Positions 27,678 through 37,761 of a DNA stretch of 64,000 nucleotides are shown here, piece after piece. The DNA is from a virus. Below the pieces are notes generated by a model. That model was not told the DNA's origin and did no database searches. It saw only the letters and a list, made by a program, of their open reading frames with translations. The stretch covers positions 18,970-82,969 of IMG/VR virus record IMGVR_UViG_3300046001_006965; one strand, written 5' to 3'. The translations under genes were made by a program, and so were the position numbers. The first letter of the stretch is position 1, and each line of letters begins with the position of its first letter.

Positions 27678-28334
27678 TTACCTCTTTATATCAAATATCG
27701 AAAAATTATAACCGATCCATATAGTTTGATTGGTATCAAAAGAACCGGACAATATATTTCCTTTTCGGTTTTGAAGCATCAAGTTTGCTTTTGCAGCGAA
27801 GCCATCCAGTTTCGTGTTGTTGCCAACCTCTAACCCACCTAAGAGTCGAAAAACGGTTTCCTTGACTTTCACCGGAACTTCCATTTTCTTTTCCTTGATT
27901 TTGTAATTTGGAGTGACCTCTTTGACTTTCCCCTGGACAATTCCGTTGATGTTTAGAACGATATTTTCATCTTCAAACGTGGACGAAAATTTGTTTAGTT
28001 GAATAGCTTTATTATATGCAATTATTCTTTTCAGGCTGTCTTTTTCCCTGGCAAAGTTTTGCTTTAAACTTTCATTTTCTGCAATCAGTTTCGGGTCAAT
28101 AGGATTGTCTTTGTAAACGGTTTCGCCTTTGGATACTTTTTGTCCAATTGGCACATTAACCGGTTTTTGAGCCTTGAATTTTCCTTTTACTTCCGGAACT
28201 GTAACTTTCACGATTTGTGGCGAAGGTGTACTTCCTGAACATCCACGGAACCATAAAACAAGGAACAAAAGAATCCAACCAAGATACTTGAAGAATTCCT
28301 TCAACAAAGGCGAATGTATATTTATCTGTTTCAT
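27678..28334 (-). CDS. Membrane-anchored lysis-associated protein (spanin-like)
   Basis: N-terminal TM segment, C-terminal beta-strand pattern; follows the endolysin. Confidence 0.55.
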   Translation of the reverse strand: MKQINIHSPLLKEFFKYLGWILLFLVLWFRGCSGSTPSPQIVKVTVPEVKGKFKAQKPVNVPIGQKVSKGETVYKDNPIDPKLIAENESLKQNFAREKDSLKRIIAYNKAIQLNKFSSTFEDENIVLNINGIVQGKVKEVTPNYKIKEKKMEVPVKVKETVFRLLGGLEVGNNTKLDGFAAKANLMLQNRKGNILSGSFDTNQTIWIGYNFSIFDIKR

Positions 28335-28345
28335 ATTTCAGAGCT

Positions 28346-28903
28346 TTAATTTAAGTGATGATATTTTTTATCCGCATTTTCTAATTTCAAATCATATTTA
28401 TGAATGTAATATTTTTCACCGTTGTAAAACTTGGCGGCAACTTTCCATTCGCCATTTACAAAAGCATTGTACATTTTTAGATTGCTTTTTATGAATAACA
28501 ACCCCAACCTCATTTGGTTATATTCAGAAACTTTGGCATAATCCCACATTGAACCAACGGTTTTGAAACCTAATAATTTGTAGTGAAATCCCATAACTTG
28601 CATAATCCCAATAGAAGTAGATTCCATCGCTGTATTAGGATTTTTATAAAAAGCATCGTTAAACGCAATCCATTCATTCACCTGAACATCGACCTTGTTC
28701 AATGACCACTTGCCGGATGGGGTATAAGGCGATTTTCGTTTGAACCACGAAGGCTCAAACTGGATGATAATTTTACCCGTGTCTTTTGCAAAACCAATCC
28801 CGCTACTTTCCACTTCCATAATAGCGTATATTCTTGAAATTGGCATTTTGAATTCTTCAGATAATTTTTTAATGTCCGTTTGTGTGATTTTTTGTACTGC
28901 CAT
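28346..28903 (-). CDS. Endolysin, N-acetylmuramidase (DUF3380)
   Basis: AIMEVESSG.GF, IQFEP.WF, AMESTSIGIMQVMGFHY, FYNG. Confidence 0.9.
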   Translation of the reverse strand: MAVQKITQTDIKKLSEEFKMPISRIYAIMEVESSGIGFAKDTGKIIIQFEPSWFKRKSPYTPSGKWSLNKVDVQVNEWIAFNDAFYKNPNTAMESTSIGIMQVMGFHYKLLGFKTVGSMWDYAKVSEYNQMRLGLLFIKSNLKMYNAFVNGEWKVAAKFYNGEKYYIHKYDLKLENADKKYHHLN

Positions 28904-28906
28904 TTA

Positions 28907-29326
28907 TTATTTTGATTTTGAGACCATTGCTTTTGCTTTTGTCAACAGGTCCAATTGCGCTTCGAGATATTCAATTTTCAAAGCCAGTTCCGTATTTTTG
29001 TTCTCCAGTTCAAAACTTTTTTTCTGTTCTTTTGCGTACAACAACAAAATATCAGTTTGTTTGCCTGATATAGACATATTGCTCGTCCTCAATTCTTTCA
29101 CTTCATCACGCAAAACTCCCATCTGCAAATTATGATCTTCGACAAATTCACGATATGCCTTTGCAATCGCACTATTGGCATCGGCATCCGTTTGTTTTGC
29201 AGCTGCATTTTCCTTTTTTAAGGCGACTCTTTGAGCCATTTTCCCACCGAAGAAGTAAGCCATTGGCGGTCCGAAAACGCCTAAAATTGCCAAGACAGGC
29301 GCATATAATTCTAAAAATTCTTTCAT
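28907..29326 (-). CDS. Putative holin (TM plus coiled coil)
   Basis: Single N-terminal TM segment, upstream of the endolysin. Confidence 0.55.
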   Translation of the reverse strand: MKEFLELYAPVLAILGVFGPPMAYFFGGKMAQRVALKKENAAAKQTDADANSAIAKAYREFVEDHNLQMGVLRDEVKELRTSNMSISGKQTDILLLYAKEQKKSFELENKNTELALKIEYLEAQLDLLTKAKAMVSKSK

Positions 29327-29335
29327 AATTTTATT

Positions 29336-29750
29336 TTAATATTTTGCAAAGATTATGCAGTTGTACGATTTATATGTATAGCTTCCTATGTGGGTAAAAT
29401 TCCCTAAAATCACGTTTTTATGGGTCTTGCTCCTTAAATAAGCCTTTAGCAAACTTTCGTCGCTTTTGTATCCATAAGCCACTATCTGACCTTTTTTTTT
29501 CCGTGTAAAGTTCTAAATCTGTAAATCCATTGTGACTGACCTTTTTTTCACTCTCCATCTGGACAGCTTTTTGTCTGCTCAACTCGATTAACAAACTTTC
29601 AGGTTTCAGTTCGTTCAGCCTATTGCCGTGTCGTTCATCGTTTATCAGTTTTGTCAATTCGTCCGTTGCGTTTGCTTCTTTTGGCACGTATTTTATTTCG
29701 TCTGCCGATGTACAGGAAATGAATATCAGGAAAAGAAGTATCGTTTTCAT
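29336..29750 (-). pseudogene. CAP/SCP-domain lipoprotein frameshifted at an A9 run
   Basis: Lipobox FISC; LINDER, VSHNGF; alternative frame continues GQIVAYGY...YLRSKTHKNVILGNFTHIG to a stop at 29336. Confidence 0.8.
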
Positions 29751-30184
29751 ATTTCTATTTTTATCAATATTTTGTAATCTTTTTCAATTTCTTCTTTGTT
29801 GGCTTTTTTCCAATTGAAAGGCACAATAAACAATCCAACAATTGTCAATCCAACAAATCTTCCGAACGAGCTGTATTGACTTTTCCCTTTGCGTTCCATT
29901 CCTTTCGCAAACATCCAATCCGCTTTCCATTTGGTTGCAAAATTGGAATTTGCGTTGCAGTTTGAATAATGGTAATCGTGCAACATAGCGTCTAAATCCA
30001 AACCTTTTATGTCGCACAAATCTTTTGAATAACTTGCTCCGTCAAACTCGTTTGGATTCAAGGCAAAAAATAAAAATGCTTTTTTGTACACTTTTATTTC
30101 TTCCCTTTCGTAACCTTTCGCATTCAAAAGTTTACGGCATCTTTGCCAATTGGAATGATTGAATATGTTAGTTGTTGTTTCCAT
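29747..30184 (-). CDS. Hypothetical protein, DUF1353-like
   Basis: FDGAS...AMLHDYHY...KADWMF. Confidence 0.55.
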   Translation of the reverse strand: METTTNIFNHSNWQRCRKLLNAKGYEREEIKVYKKAFLFFALNPNEFDGASYSKDLCDIKGLDLDAMLHDYHYSNCNANSNFATKWKADWMFAKGMERKGKSQYSSFGRFVGLTIVGLFIVPFNWKKANKEEIEKDYKILIKIEI

Positions 30185-31819
30185 TTATAAAATCCCTCCA
30201 TCCGTTATTGTCCAGTTATTAGGCGCGCCAGTTAATATTGCACGTGCAGCGCTTGATGCCGAAGTATATTTTGCACTTCCAAAACTTATCGTAATATTTG
30301 GCTTAACCGGTCTTGAACTCCATCCGTTGTATATTGCGTCTAAATTTGCCGATGAAAGTGTTGCTGGTGTTTTATTTGGCATAAACAATGCGAAATTGGT
30401 ACAATTAGAAACATTCCACATTCCAATGTTTTGATTGAAGCTTGCACTTTGAAACATTTGTTCAAGTCTTAAAGCGGAACCCATATTCCAATTGCTCAAA
30501 GAATCGTTAAAAGCAGAGCCTAAAAAGACAACCCAAAAATTCGTGACAGCAGAAACATTCCATTCGTTTATTCTTGCGATTGTAGCTTTTGAATAACCGT
30601 TGAACATCCAACTTAAATTCGTAGTTCCCGTCAAGTCAAGAATGTCGATTACATTAACAAGGCTCAACCTCGAACAACCGCTAAAATAAGAACCAACGTT
30701 CCCCAATCTTATTCCTCCCCATTGCGTTATGCTGATTAATTTTCCTGCATCAGCACCAAAAGACCAACCGTAAAGCGTTCCAGTAATCACAATGCTGTAT
30801 TCCCCCACTTCACTATAATTGTGCGTGACTGCTGTTTGGTTGTATGCTGTTATAACATTGGATGTTCCATCGCCCCAATACACCGTGAAATTATATGTTC
30901 CACTTGCAATCAAAGGCAATTTAACTGATTTATTACTTGAAACACCTCCATACATAGTATTCCATTTTGAAATGAAAGCCGTTGTCGCATTGGTGGAACA
31001 GGTTATTTGGTTGCTGAATCCATTGGTATTTCCCGAAACATCAAAACCCTCTATTTTTATAATGTATGAAGTGGACGAAGCCAATCCGTCAGCATAAACC
31101 TCGGCTTTATTGCAAATATTGTTTAGTACTCCATTAACATAAACTTTGTAATATAGTATTTCATTTCCTACGGGAGTTGTGAACCCCAATTTTATTATTT
31201 GGTTGTATGCTGAAACAAAAGACAAGTCACTTATAATTGACGGAGCCGTGTCGTTTAGCCAAACTTTTGCGTTTCCACCGTTGTTTATATATTCAGTTAA
31301 ATCAGCGTCTGGATTTCCTGCGTTTGAAGTAAAACAAGAACTATCCAAAACCAACAATGACGGATAAAATGTCCTGTTTCTGAAAACATATTCATAACCC
31401 GAGCCTCCAATGGTGGTGCATTTTGGGATGTAAATGTTTTCCAAAACTCCAATTTTTCCATCAAGGTCAAAAGATTGATATCCTAATTTGGTCAGATTTT
31501 TAGCCTTGAACGACTTTAATTTAGTAGTTCCGTAAAAACTTGCCCCACCTGTTTCAGTCATAGCTCCACCCAAATCGTGAAAGTAGGTTATGAGTGCATT
31601 ATTATAAAAAGCCTGTACAGGAAGAATGTAGTTTCCAGTTACATTGCATTTTATATCTGTTCCAACAATTTCAAAATTAGAAATTCTCGTAACGCTGACT
31701 CCTAATGTTGTTGCCAATATTTGAGCCGTTGAAATTACAGATGAAACTCCGCCAATCTCGGTACTGGAGACGATTAACCCGCTTTTAAGACTGAATATTT
31801 CACGTGCAATTAAATTCAT
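30185..31819 (-). CDS. Tail fibre/receptor-binding protein (LRR-like, FN3, PKD-like and DUF285/BspA repeats)
   Basis: YKVYVNG FN3; VYWGDGT PKD; WNVSAVTNF, FNQNIGMWNVS repeats. Confidence 0.75.
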   Translation of the reverse strand: MNLIAREIFSLKSGLIVSSTEIGGVSSVISTAQILATTLGVSVTRISNFEIVGTDIKCNVTGNYILPVQAFYNNALITYFHDLGGAMTETGGASFYGTTKLKSFKAKNLTKLGYQSFDLDGKIGVLENIYIPKCTTIGGSGYEYVFRNRTFYPSLLVLDSSCFTSNAGNPDADLTEYINNGGNAKVWLNDTAPSIISDLSFVSAYNQIIKLGFTTPVGNEILYYKVYVNGVLNNICNKAEVYADGLASSTSYIIKIEGFDVSGNTNGFSNQITCSTNATTAFISKWNTMYGGVSSNKSVKLPLIASGTYNFTVYWGDGTSNVITAYNQTAVTHNYSEVGEYSIVITGTLYGWSFGADAGKLISITQWGGIRLGNVGSYFSGCSRLSLVNVIDILDLTGTTNLSWMFNGYSKATIARINEWNVSAVTNFWVVFLGSAFNDSLSNWNMGSALRLEQMFQSASFNQNIGMWNVSNCTNFALFMPNKTPATLSSANLDAIYNGWSSRPVKPNITISFGSAKYTSASSAARAILTGAPNNWTITDGGIL

Positions 31820-31828
31820 AATCTATTT

Positions 31829-32215
31829 TTATCTTGGTTCCCAAATACCGTCATAAACGTTGTCACTAACTAAATTATAAAGCAAACCTTTAAGCAACAA
31901 AAAATCATCCAATTCACTTCCAATCAATGTTGTTTCTTCGCCATAAATAGAAAGCAAAACTTCTTTTTGCTCGTCATATTCCTGATAGGTTTTTTGATAG
32001 GTTTTGACTTGAATATCCCCGTGTCGGTTGCGTAAAATTGCCACGCTTTCCGTTTCCAATCCCTTGTCATAAACAATACTGTCAACCGCTTGCAAAGTGT
32101 ATGTTTTGTTCACGTCATCTTTGTTGGTAACTTGTAAATCAATTTGCACGTGCTCGATAACTTTGCCCTCACGATCTTGACATAAAAAGACTTTTTCCGT
32201 TGTAATTGCTCTCAT
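31829..32215 (-). CDS. Hypothetical protein (fibre chaperone position)
   Basis: Located between fibre genes. Confidence 0.55.
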   Translation of the reverse strand: MRAITTEKVFLCQDREGKVIEHVQIDLQVTNKDDVNKTYTLQAVDSIVYDKGLETESVAILRNRHGDIQVKTYQKTYQEYDEQKEVLLSIYGEETTLIGSELDDFLLLKGLLYNLVSDNVYDGIWEPR

Positions 32216-32225
32216 AATAATTTTT

Positions 32226-33518
32226 TTAAAGATTACCCACGCATAAATATTCGTTCGCTACACCCGTGTTCGCTATTGTGTGAGATAGCTTTTCAGCCAT
32301 TGTCGTTCCCGTGTTGTCCAATAGCACAATTGAACCCCCTAAAGCATAAGTAAGCGTAACCCCTGCTCTTGTTTTGACGCTATAATTAAACCCCAAAGCA
32401 AGACCGTTTGGCAATGTAAGAGTACAACTCGCAGTCAATAAAATAACTTTGCCGTTGTATGTGTTGTCTAAAGTGGTGTTTGTGCCGATTTTTAATATTG
32501 TGATATCCAAATTTTGAGCCGCTGCCGGATGCGTATGTGTCGTGATTTCTCCAGTAAGTTTCGCTTCAATTTCGGCTTTTGTGATATTGCTGTTTTTCTG
32601 GGCATCGTTTGGAGCCGTGGATGGTGTGTAACCTAAAGCGGCTACTATATTTGCAAGAGTTAAATTCGTCAAGAATCTAGCAACGGTAAAATACAAATTA
32701 GTACTTCCTTCCGGCAAAGTATCAGTATTAACCGCCCCACTGCCACCAGAACCATTGTTTACCCAGATATTTTCCTCTGCATCCCAAGAGTAATTTACAA
32801 CATCAGTTGAACCCACAATATTCACCTGTGCAGAATCCCCGGCAGATGCAGTTGGGTGCGCCGCGTTTAAAGCAGCCTCGGTCAAGTAAACACCTTTAGA
32901 GTGGTTGTTGTAATCTGCGGCATCTAGCTTTAAAGCCAAAGCATCAAAAACAACATTTTCACTAGGTGCATATCCCGTTTCGCCATTTCTTAATTGTTGA
33001 GAAACTGCCCATCTAGGTTTAGGTATCACCGGTGTACCCACAACCGTACTCTCAACATCAATAGAGGCCAATTCAATTGTTCCCGTTGGTGCTGATGGCT
33101 TCAAGGCCACACCAACTCCTTCATCTCCTGGTACCCGATAAATTGTACCAAGGTTTGTCCCTACAAAAATATCAGTACGAATATAGCCGGAAGTGGCGAA
33201 AGGAAGCACTGTATTATAAGCGGCCGCATTGGTATATTGAACTTGCAGCAATCTCCAAATAAAGTCCTCCGCAAGTATGTCAACGGTCGTTCCGGTTACG
33301 ATAACCTCACCCTCTTTGATAACATCATCAGGAAGGGCAATGGCGTTAATTTTAACGTCTTGAGCCAACAAAACAGCATCAAGTCCCTCAATACTTTCAT
33401 AAGGAACACTTTCGCTTTTATGCCTAAAGCTATCCCACACATCCCAAAACTGTGCTTGGGTTGGTTTTAAACCAGTTTTAAACCAGTTTTTTATCGTAGT
33501 TAAAGAAACTATTGCCAT
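32226..33518 (-). CDS. Tail fibre protein
   Basis: IKNWFKTGLKPTQAQFW N-terminus; LPEGSTNLYFT; ALGYTP. Confidence 0.75.
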   Translation of the reverse strand: MAIVSLTTIKNWFKTGLKPTQAQFWDVWDSFRHKSESVPYESIEGLDAVLLAQDVKINAIALPDDVIKEGEVIVTGTTVDILAEDFIWRLLQVQYTNAAAYNTVLPFATSGYIRTDIFVGTNLGTIYRVPGDEGVGVALKPSAPTGTIELASIDVESTVVGTPVIPKPRWAVSQQLRNGETGYAPSENVVFDALALKLDAADYNNHSKGVYLTEAALNAAHPTASAGDSAQVNIVGSTDVVNYSWDAEENIWVNNGSGGSGAVNTDTLPEGSTNLYFTVARFLTNLTLANIVAALGYTPSTAPNDAQKNSNITKAEIEAKLTGEITTHTHPAAAQNLDITILKIGTNTTLDNTYNGKVILLTASCTLTLPNGLALGFNYSVKTRAGVTLTYALGGSIVLLDNTGTTMAEKLSHTIANTGVANEYLCVGNL

Positions 33519-33520
33519 TG

Positions 33521-34336
33521 TTAGGTTTTTTGAATATACAGAACTACTCGGTATGGGTTCATAATGTCGTAAGCAACTCCTGATCCGGCAGATTTAGTAC
33601 TAAAAACGGTTGCCGTAGTTGAATTTTTTACATAGTCATTGCCACCGTCTGAGTTAGCTCCGCCAGTTGATAATCCTAAATCGTGTACGTGAGGAACCAT
33701 CTCTGCTAATGTATTTGTATGTGTTTTAGATCCAGAGGCATAAGTCAAGGTATCAAACCCCGGAATAGCGGAGTCGTAACCAACGGCCATTCTACCTCGC
33801 AAAGGCGTATATTCTGTCCAACCAACTGGAATTAAACTAGCCGCTTGACCCCAAATAGCAATCAGGCCACTTGGCACATTAACCGTGGTTATTGCTTCCA
33901 ATGCCGCAACTCTTTCCAATAATGCGGCAACAGTGGTTTTGTCTTCTTTAAATTCCAATGCGGCAGGGATTTCCTTAGTTTCAAAACCTCGTTTAAAATC
34001 TGCCCACGGCCATTGAGTGGTGCCGGTTCCAAAGGTGGCCCATCTCGTATAAATAACATCATTCGAATTCCCGTCCTCAAATTCCCGCAATTGGGCCGAT
34101 TGAACGATAATAACATTCGTTTGAACTACACCTCCTCGAAACTCCAATACTTCGCCGTTAATATAAACAACTCCGTTGGTGGCCGTTGTTTCCGTAACTA
34201 CGCACCCACTTATGATGGTAAAGTTGCCCACAATTGCACCTAAAGCATTGAAAATACTATAGGCTTTTTGCATTTCGTCAAGGATTTCCGTTTCTAAAGG
34301 GAACCCGACACTTTGATTGAAATTTAATGAATTCAT
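33521..34336 (-). CDS. Tail fibre/collar-domain baseplate protein
   Basis: GVVYINGE; IAIWG..IPVGW; LRGRMAVG; MNPYRVVLYIQK. Confidence 0.75.
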   Translation of the reverse strand: MNSLNFNQSVGFPLETEILDEMQKAYSIFNALGAIVGNFTIISGCVVTETTATNGVVYINGEVLEFRGGVVQTNVIIVQSAQLREFEDGNSNDVIYTRWATFGTGTTQWPWADFKRGFETKEIPAALEFKEDKTTVAALLERVAALEAITTVNVPSGLIAIWGQAASLIPVGWTEYTPLRGRMAVGYDSAIPGFDTLTYASGSKTHTNTLAEMVPHVHDLGLSTGGANSDGGNDYVKNSTTATVFSTKSAGSGVAYDIMNPYRVVLYIQKT

Positions 34337-34800
34337 ACTATTGGTCGTATTTGGTAGCGTTTCGACGCTAGTTTGTAAAAGGTAATAAGAGCATTCAACT
34401 CATTTATTTTGGTGTCAATCAATTCCTGAGGCGCAAACACAATGAAGTCGGCTCCCGTGTTTAAATATTCCGAATTGCGGTAAATGAACATTGTCCCAAT
34501 ATATACCGGCTTATTTTCGACACCCGTATAAATGTATTTTCTAGGGAACGCATTACCGTTCGTGATATAGATGCGACGGTCAATTGGGTCAATAGCATCG
34601 TTCAATACTTTTCGCATCAGGCAAACTTGGCCCGTGTGCTCAATCTTATACCAATCTGTCAATCGCTTTTGTGTCCAGGCATAATGCAAGTTGATTATTT
34701 GAGTGACAATAGCATTCAAGAAAGCCAACCAAATTGGTTTTCTTAAAAAAGCGGGGACCCGCTCTTGGCTCAGTTTATCAAAATCTATATTATACCACAT
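34333..34800 (-). CDS. Baseplate wedge protein
   Basis: HTGQV..M..VLND; follows the J-like gene. Confidence 0.7.
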   Translation of the reverse strand: MWYNIDFDKLSQERVPAFLRKPIWLAFLNAIVTQIINLHYAWTQKRLTDWYKIEHTGQVCLMRKVLNDAIDPIDRRIYITNGNAFPRKYIYTGVENKPVYIGTMFIYRNSEYLNTGADFIVFAPQELIDTKINELNALITFYKLASKRYQIRPIV

Positions 34801-35659
34801 AGGTCACGGTGTCAAAATTGGGTACTTCAAAATATCCGGCAACAGGAATAGTCTTCACGTTAATTGGTGCGTAATCTCTATAATCTAGCGTAACCGTGTC
34901 ATATATGCTCGATGTCGCCACAATTATATGAGCATTGTCAACACCGTCAACGGCTCTTAATTTTTCAATCAAATCATTCAAAACCAACTCACCGTCAAAA
35001 GGCAAATTCTTAATATAAGCATTGACTGCTGTCTCCACCGGCTTACCACCGTTTAGAATGCTATTTCCATTTTCATCAATCACCAGGACATCCCGATAAA
35101 TTGCCATATTCAATAACAATTGATCTGCAGGATTATTCACAATTTGCAACTTCACACCCGCATATTTTATTTCTTCCATATAACCGTCAAAACTATCGAG
35201 CTGCAATGTGGTCAACGGAATCAATTCGCCTGCACTTTCACCCGCCACTTTCACAACTAATCTATTGCTCTCGCCTGATTCCTTCACGCTGCGGTATTTT
35301 ATAATTTTTGAAGCGTCAATCTGGTCAACGGTGAAACCCGTGTTGTCAAATTTGTCACTATCAGCTAAAAGGTCAAAGCCATATTGAAAAGCCAAAGCCA
35401 TATTTCCATACCACCTCGGAGTACCACTCTTTTGCTCATACAATGCCGTGTCAACTTCCTTTTTGTGTTGATCAAAGATTTGTTCTAAAATCAATGTGCA
35501 ATACGCAAACACGTCAAAAAATATACTTTCAAAAGAAGCCTTCGAAAATTCGTCATCAAACAGGGCACCTTCCACAAATCCGTATGAGGTTTGTATTATC
35601 GCTTTCGACATAAATGCTGCCGTCAATTCCTTTTTTATTTCTAATAATGTGCGTGCCAT
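34790..35659 (-). CDS. Baseplate J-like protein
   Basis: GTPRWY...FQYG; YIKNLPFDG; LRAVDGV. Confidence 0.78.
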   Translation of the reverse strand: MARTLLEIKKELTAAFMSKAIIQTSYGFVEGALFDDEFSKASFESIFFDVFAYCTLILEQIFDQHKKEVDTALYEQKSGTPRWYGNMALAFQYGFDLLADSDKFDNTGFTVDQIDASKIIKYRSVKESGESNRLVVKVAGESAGELIPLTTLQLDSFDGYMEEIKYAGVKLQIVNNPADQLLLNMAIYRDVLVIDENGNSILNGGKPVETAVNAYIKNLPFDGELVLNDLIEKLRAVDGVDNAHIIVATSSIYDTVTLDYRDYAPINVKTIPVAGYFEVPNFDTVTYVV

Positions 35660-35661
35660 AA

Positions 35662-35958
35662 TTATTGTATTATAAAAGTTGTTCCTATTTCCATAAATCC
35701 AATTCCTTCATTCCCTGGTGTAGTGCCCGGCTTCTTTTCAATCGCACTTGCGGGCCTATTTCTATCATCAAATAATTTTACCATTCCCTTTCGTGTCACT
35801 CTACTCGATTGAAGTTCCTGACCTATCGCCACACTGTCCGTCAAGGACATTCCATTCAATAATGCCATTTCAAAAGCGTTCTCGGAGCTTCCAGTGGTTT
35901 CCAAAACCTTGTCAATAAAGTTTTGCCCTTGATAGACTTTATCCTTCATAGTCGGCAA
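35662..35958 (-). CDS. LysM-like baseplate protein
   Basis: VYQGQNFID...G...AFEMALLNG. Confidence 0.7.
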   Translation of the reverse strand: MPTMKDKVYQGQNFIDKVLETTGSSENAFEMALLNGMSLTDSVAIGQELQSSRVTRKGMVKLFDDRNRPASAIEKKPGTTPGNEGIGFMEIGTTFIIQ

Positions 35959-36280
35959 TGATTTTTATTGGTTTGTTTTCGTACAAATCAACCGTTTCCA
36001 CAACCAAACCATCTTTGGCAAAGTGCTCTCTAATTCTATGACGAAACTCCAAATAATCGGAACCCAACAACAAATCACCCAGTCCAACACCCAAATCGGG
36101 ATTTGCTTTCAACTCACCTTGATGGGCAATGAGAATGATTCCTTTGTTTTGTTCCAATATATTGCCAACAACAAGCCCAGAAACAATCAGTCCGGCACTG
36201 TCCCGAATCACATTGATTTTTAAATCAAGTACGTCTCCCGTGTCATTATTGTCAACCAATTGGATTCCTATATATTTCAT
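35939..36280 (-). CDS. gp25/gp46-like baseplate (sheath initiator)
   Basis: GELKANPDLGVG. Confidence 0.7.
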   Translation of the reverse strand: MKYIGIQLVDNNDTGDVLDLKINVIRDSAGLIVSGLVVGNILEQNKGIILIAHQGELKANPDLGVGLGDLLLGSDYLEFRHRIREHFAKDGLVVETVDLYENKPIKIIADYEG

Positions 36281-36286
36281 TTAAAC

Positions 36287-36796
36287 TTACTTTAAAAGGG
36301 AATTAACCTTTGTTGAAAAATTAGTAACTAATGTCACCACGTCAGGTGTAATAGTTCCGCTTGGTGCTCCAACGGAAACAACATTAACTTTCAAACTATT
36401 AATTATCGTGGCCAAGTCTGAAAATAAATCCTTCAAATTAACCGTTCCGTTTTCAATCTTTATTTTTTTATCAAAACTGTCAAACTCAACTTTCATTCCC
36501 TCTTGCGAAAATTGAAACTTAGCAACTTCATTCACTTTTATGATATAAAGGTTCGAAAGGGTTCCGTCACCGCTCAACATCAAAACCTCCGAGTTGAATG
36601 CAGGAACTAGCAATAAAAAATCTTCACCATCAGTCACACTAGCATTGATTTTCACGTCCGAAAGAACTAACCCACTTGCCAATTGTACCGTGCACGTTTC
36701 ACCTTCAACAGACTGCACCGTTCCCACAATTGGATAGTTAGGATTTGCCCCAACAACTTCTTGCAATCTTTTCTTAATTTCGGCTTTCTTATCCAT
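36287..36796 (-). CDS. Baseplate spike (gpV-like)
   Basis: OB-fold N-terminus GTVQSV..TCTV; gene order. Confidence 0.7.
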   Translation of the reverse strand: MDKKAEIKKRLQEVVGANPNYPIVGTVQSVEGETCTVQLASGLVLSDVKINASVTDGEDFLLLVPAFNSEVLMLSGDGTLSNLYIIKVNEVAKFQFSQEGMKVEFDSFDKKIKIENGTVNLKDLFSDLATIINSLKVNVVSVGAPSGTITPDVVTLVTNFSTKVNSLLK

Positions 36797-37761
36797 TATA
36801 GCTTTATTCCTGGTGTAATAGTTCGAACGGCTCCGCTCTCGCTAAATATTGTTTTAACTCCAATTATATAATAATTTCCATCTTTGTATGGATAGTCACT
36901 GTCTTCTATTTTTGCCGAGTAGGTAGGTTTCACAAATGGAATCAACCACCCGTCGAACGTTCCCGCATATCCGTCAAAACTGTTTTTCTTTAAAGCTGCA
37001 CTCGCCACTTTTCGCATATCGGCCTCACTCATTGGGCCCACTTTCAAATTAATCTTTTCGCCTCCGGTAGATCCTGCAGTGATGCTCGTCACCTTACCTT
37101 TAGTATCGGTACTTTCAACTGTTACCTCGATTTTTTTATCAATCGCTTTTTTATATTCCAGCGAACTTTTTTCAATATTCCTTTGCATCGAATAACGCAC
37201 GGCTCCTGCCTTTTCTAAATAGGGAGGGTGTATGTGCAAAACCTTGTTAGTCGTGTCAAAATATACGTTGGCTTTAGTTTCCTCCTGCAGCTTTTTCAAA
37301 ACATCGTATGCTGTTGCTTGATGAATTACAAACTTTTCATAACTTATGTCATAATCACAATTCAATGTAAATGACGGATCTATTTTGTCAATCAAATATT
37401 GTCCAATCTTTTTCAAAGAACTCGGTTTCAATTCCACGTCCGGGATGCCAACACGGAACAAAAACAAAGCATCTTCACATAATATCTTGAGCGTGCTGTC
37501 ATTCGTGGTAATCTCTTGAATATAGCCTTCGAATTCCGTCACCAACTTATTGTCATACCCTAATTGTATCAATACTTTTGTGCCTCGGCTTATCTTTTCC
37601 TCAATATTCATAACCTGGTTCATCACCGCCTCCGGGAGCACTATTGTGGCAACATCGGCAAGATTATCGACCGAGCACTCAATTTCGCATTCGGCAAGGA
37701 TGCCCAACTTGAATTGTTTGCCTTTATTGTCGAATACGATATTCCAGTTCATTCTATACAT
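36796..37761 (-). CDS. Baseplate hub (gpD/gp44-like)
   Basis: LADVATIVLP, IQLGY, EFEGYI, CED. Confidence 0.78.
   Translation of the reverse strand: MYRMNWNIVFDNKGKQFKLGILAECEIECSVDNLADVATIVLPEAVMNQVMNIEEKISRGTKVLIQLGYDNKLVTEFEGYIQEITTNDSTLKILCEDALFLFRVGIPDVELKPSSLKKIGQYLIDKIDPSFTLNCDYDISYEKFVIHQATAYDVLKKLQEETKANVYFDTTNKVLHIHPPYLEKAGAVRYSMQRNIEKSSLEYKKAIDKKIEVTVESTDTKGKVTSITAGSTGGEKINLKVGPMSEADMRKVASAALKKNSFDGYAGTFDGWLIPFVKPTYSAKIEDSDYPYKDGNYYIIGVKTIFSESGAVRTITPGIKL

Larger units (their letters stand above)
1..29750. mobile_element. Temperate tyrosine-integrase phage (phage 1); right boundary uncertain (29.3-33.5 kb)
   Basis: Gene order portal, TerL, replication, recombination, cro/cI, att, integrase, lysis; no host housekeeping block. 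Confidence 0.85.

Noticed and set aside
30185-34336. Diversity-generating retroelement or invertible tail-fibre cassette
   Set aside because: No reverse transcriptase, template/variable repeat pair, invertase or inverted fibre fragment was seen in the window.
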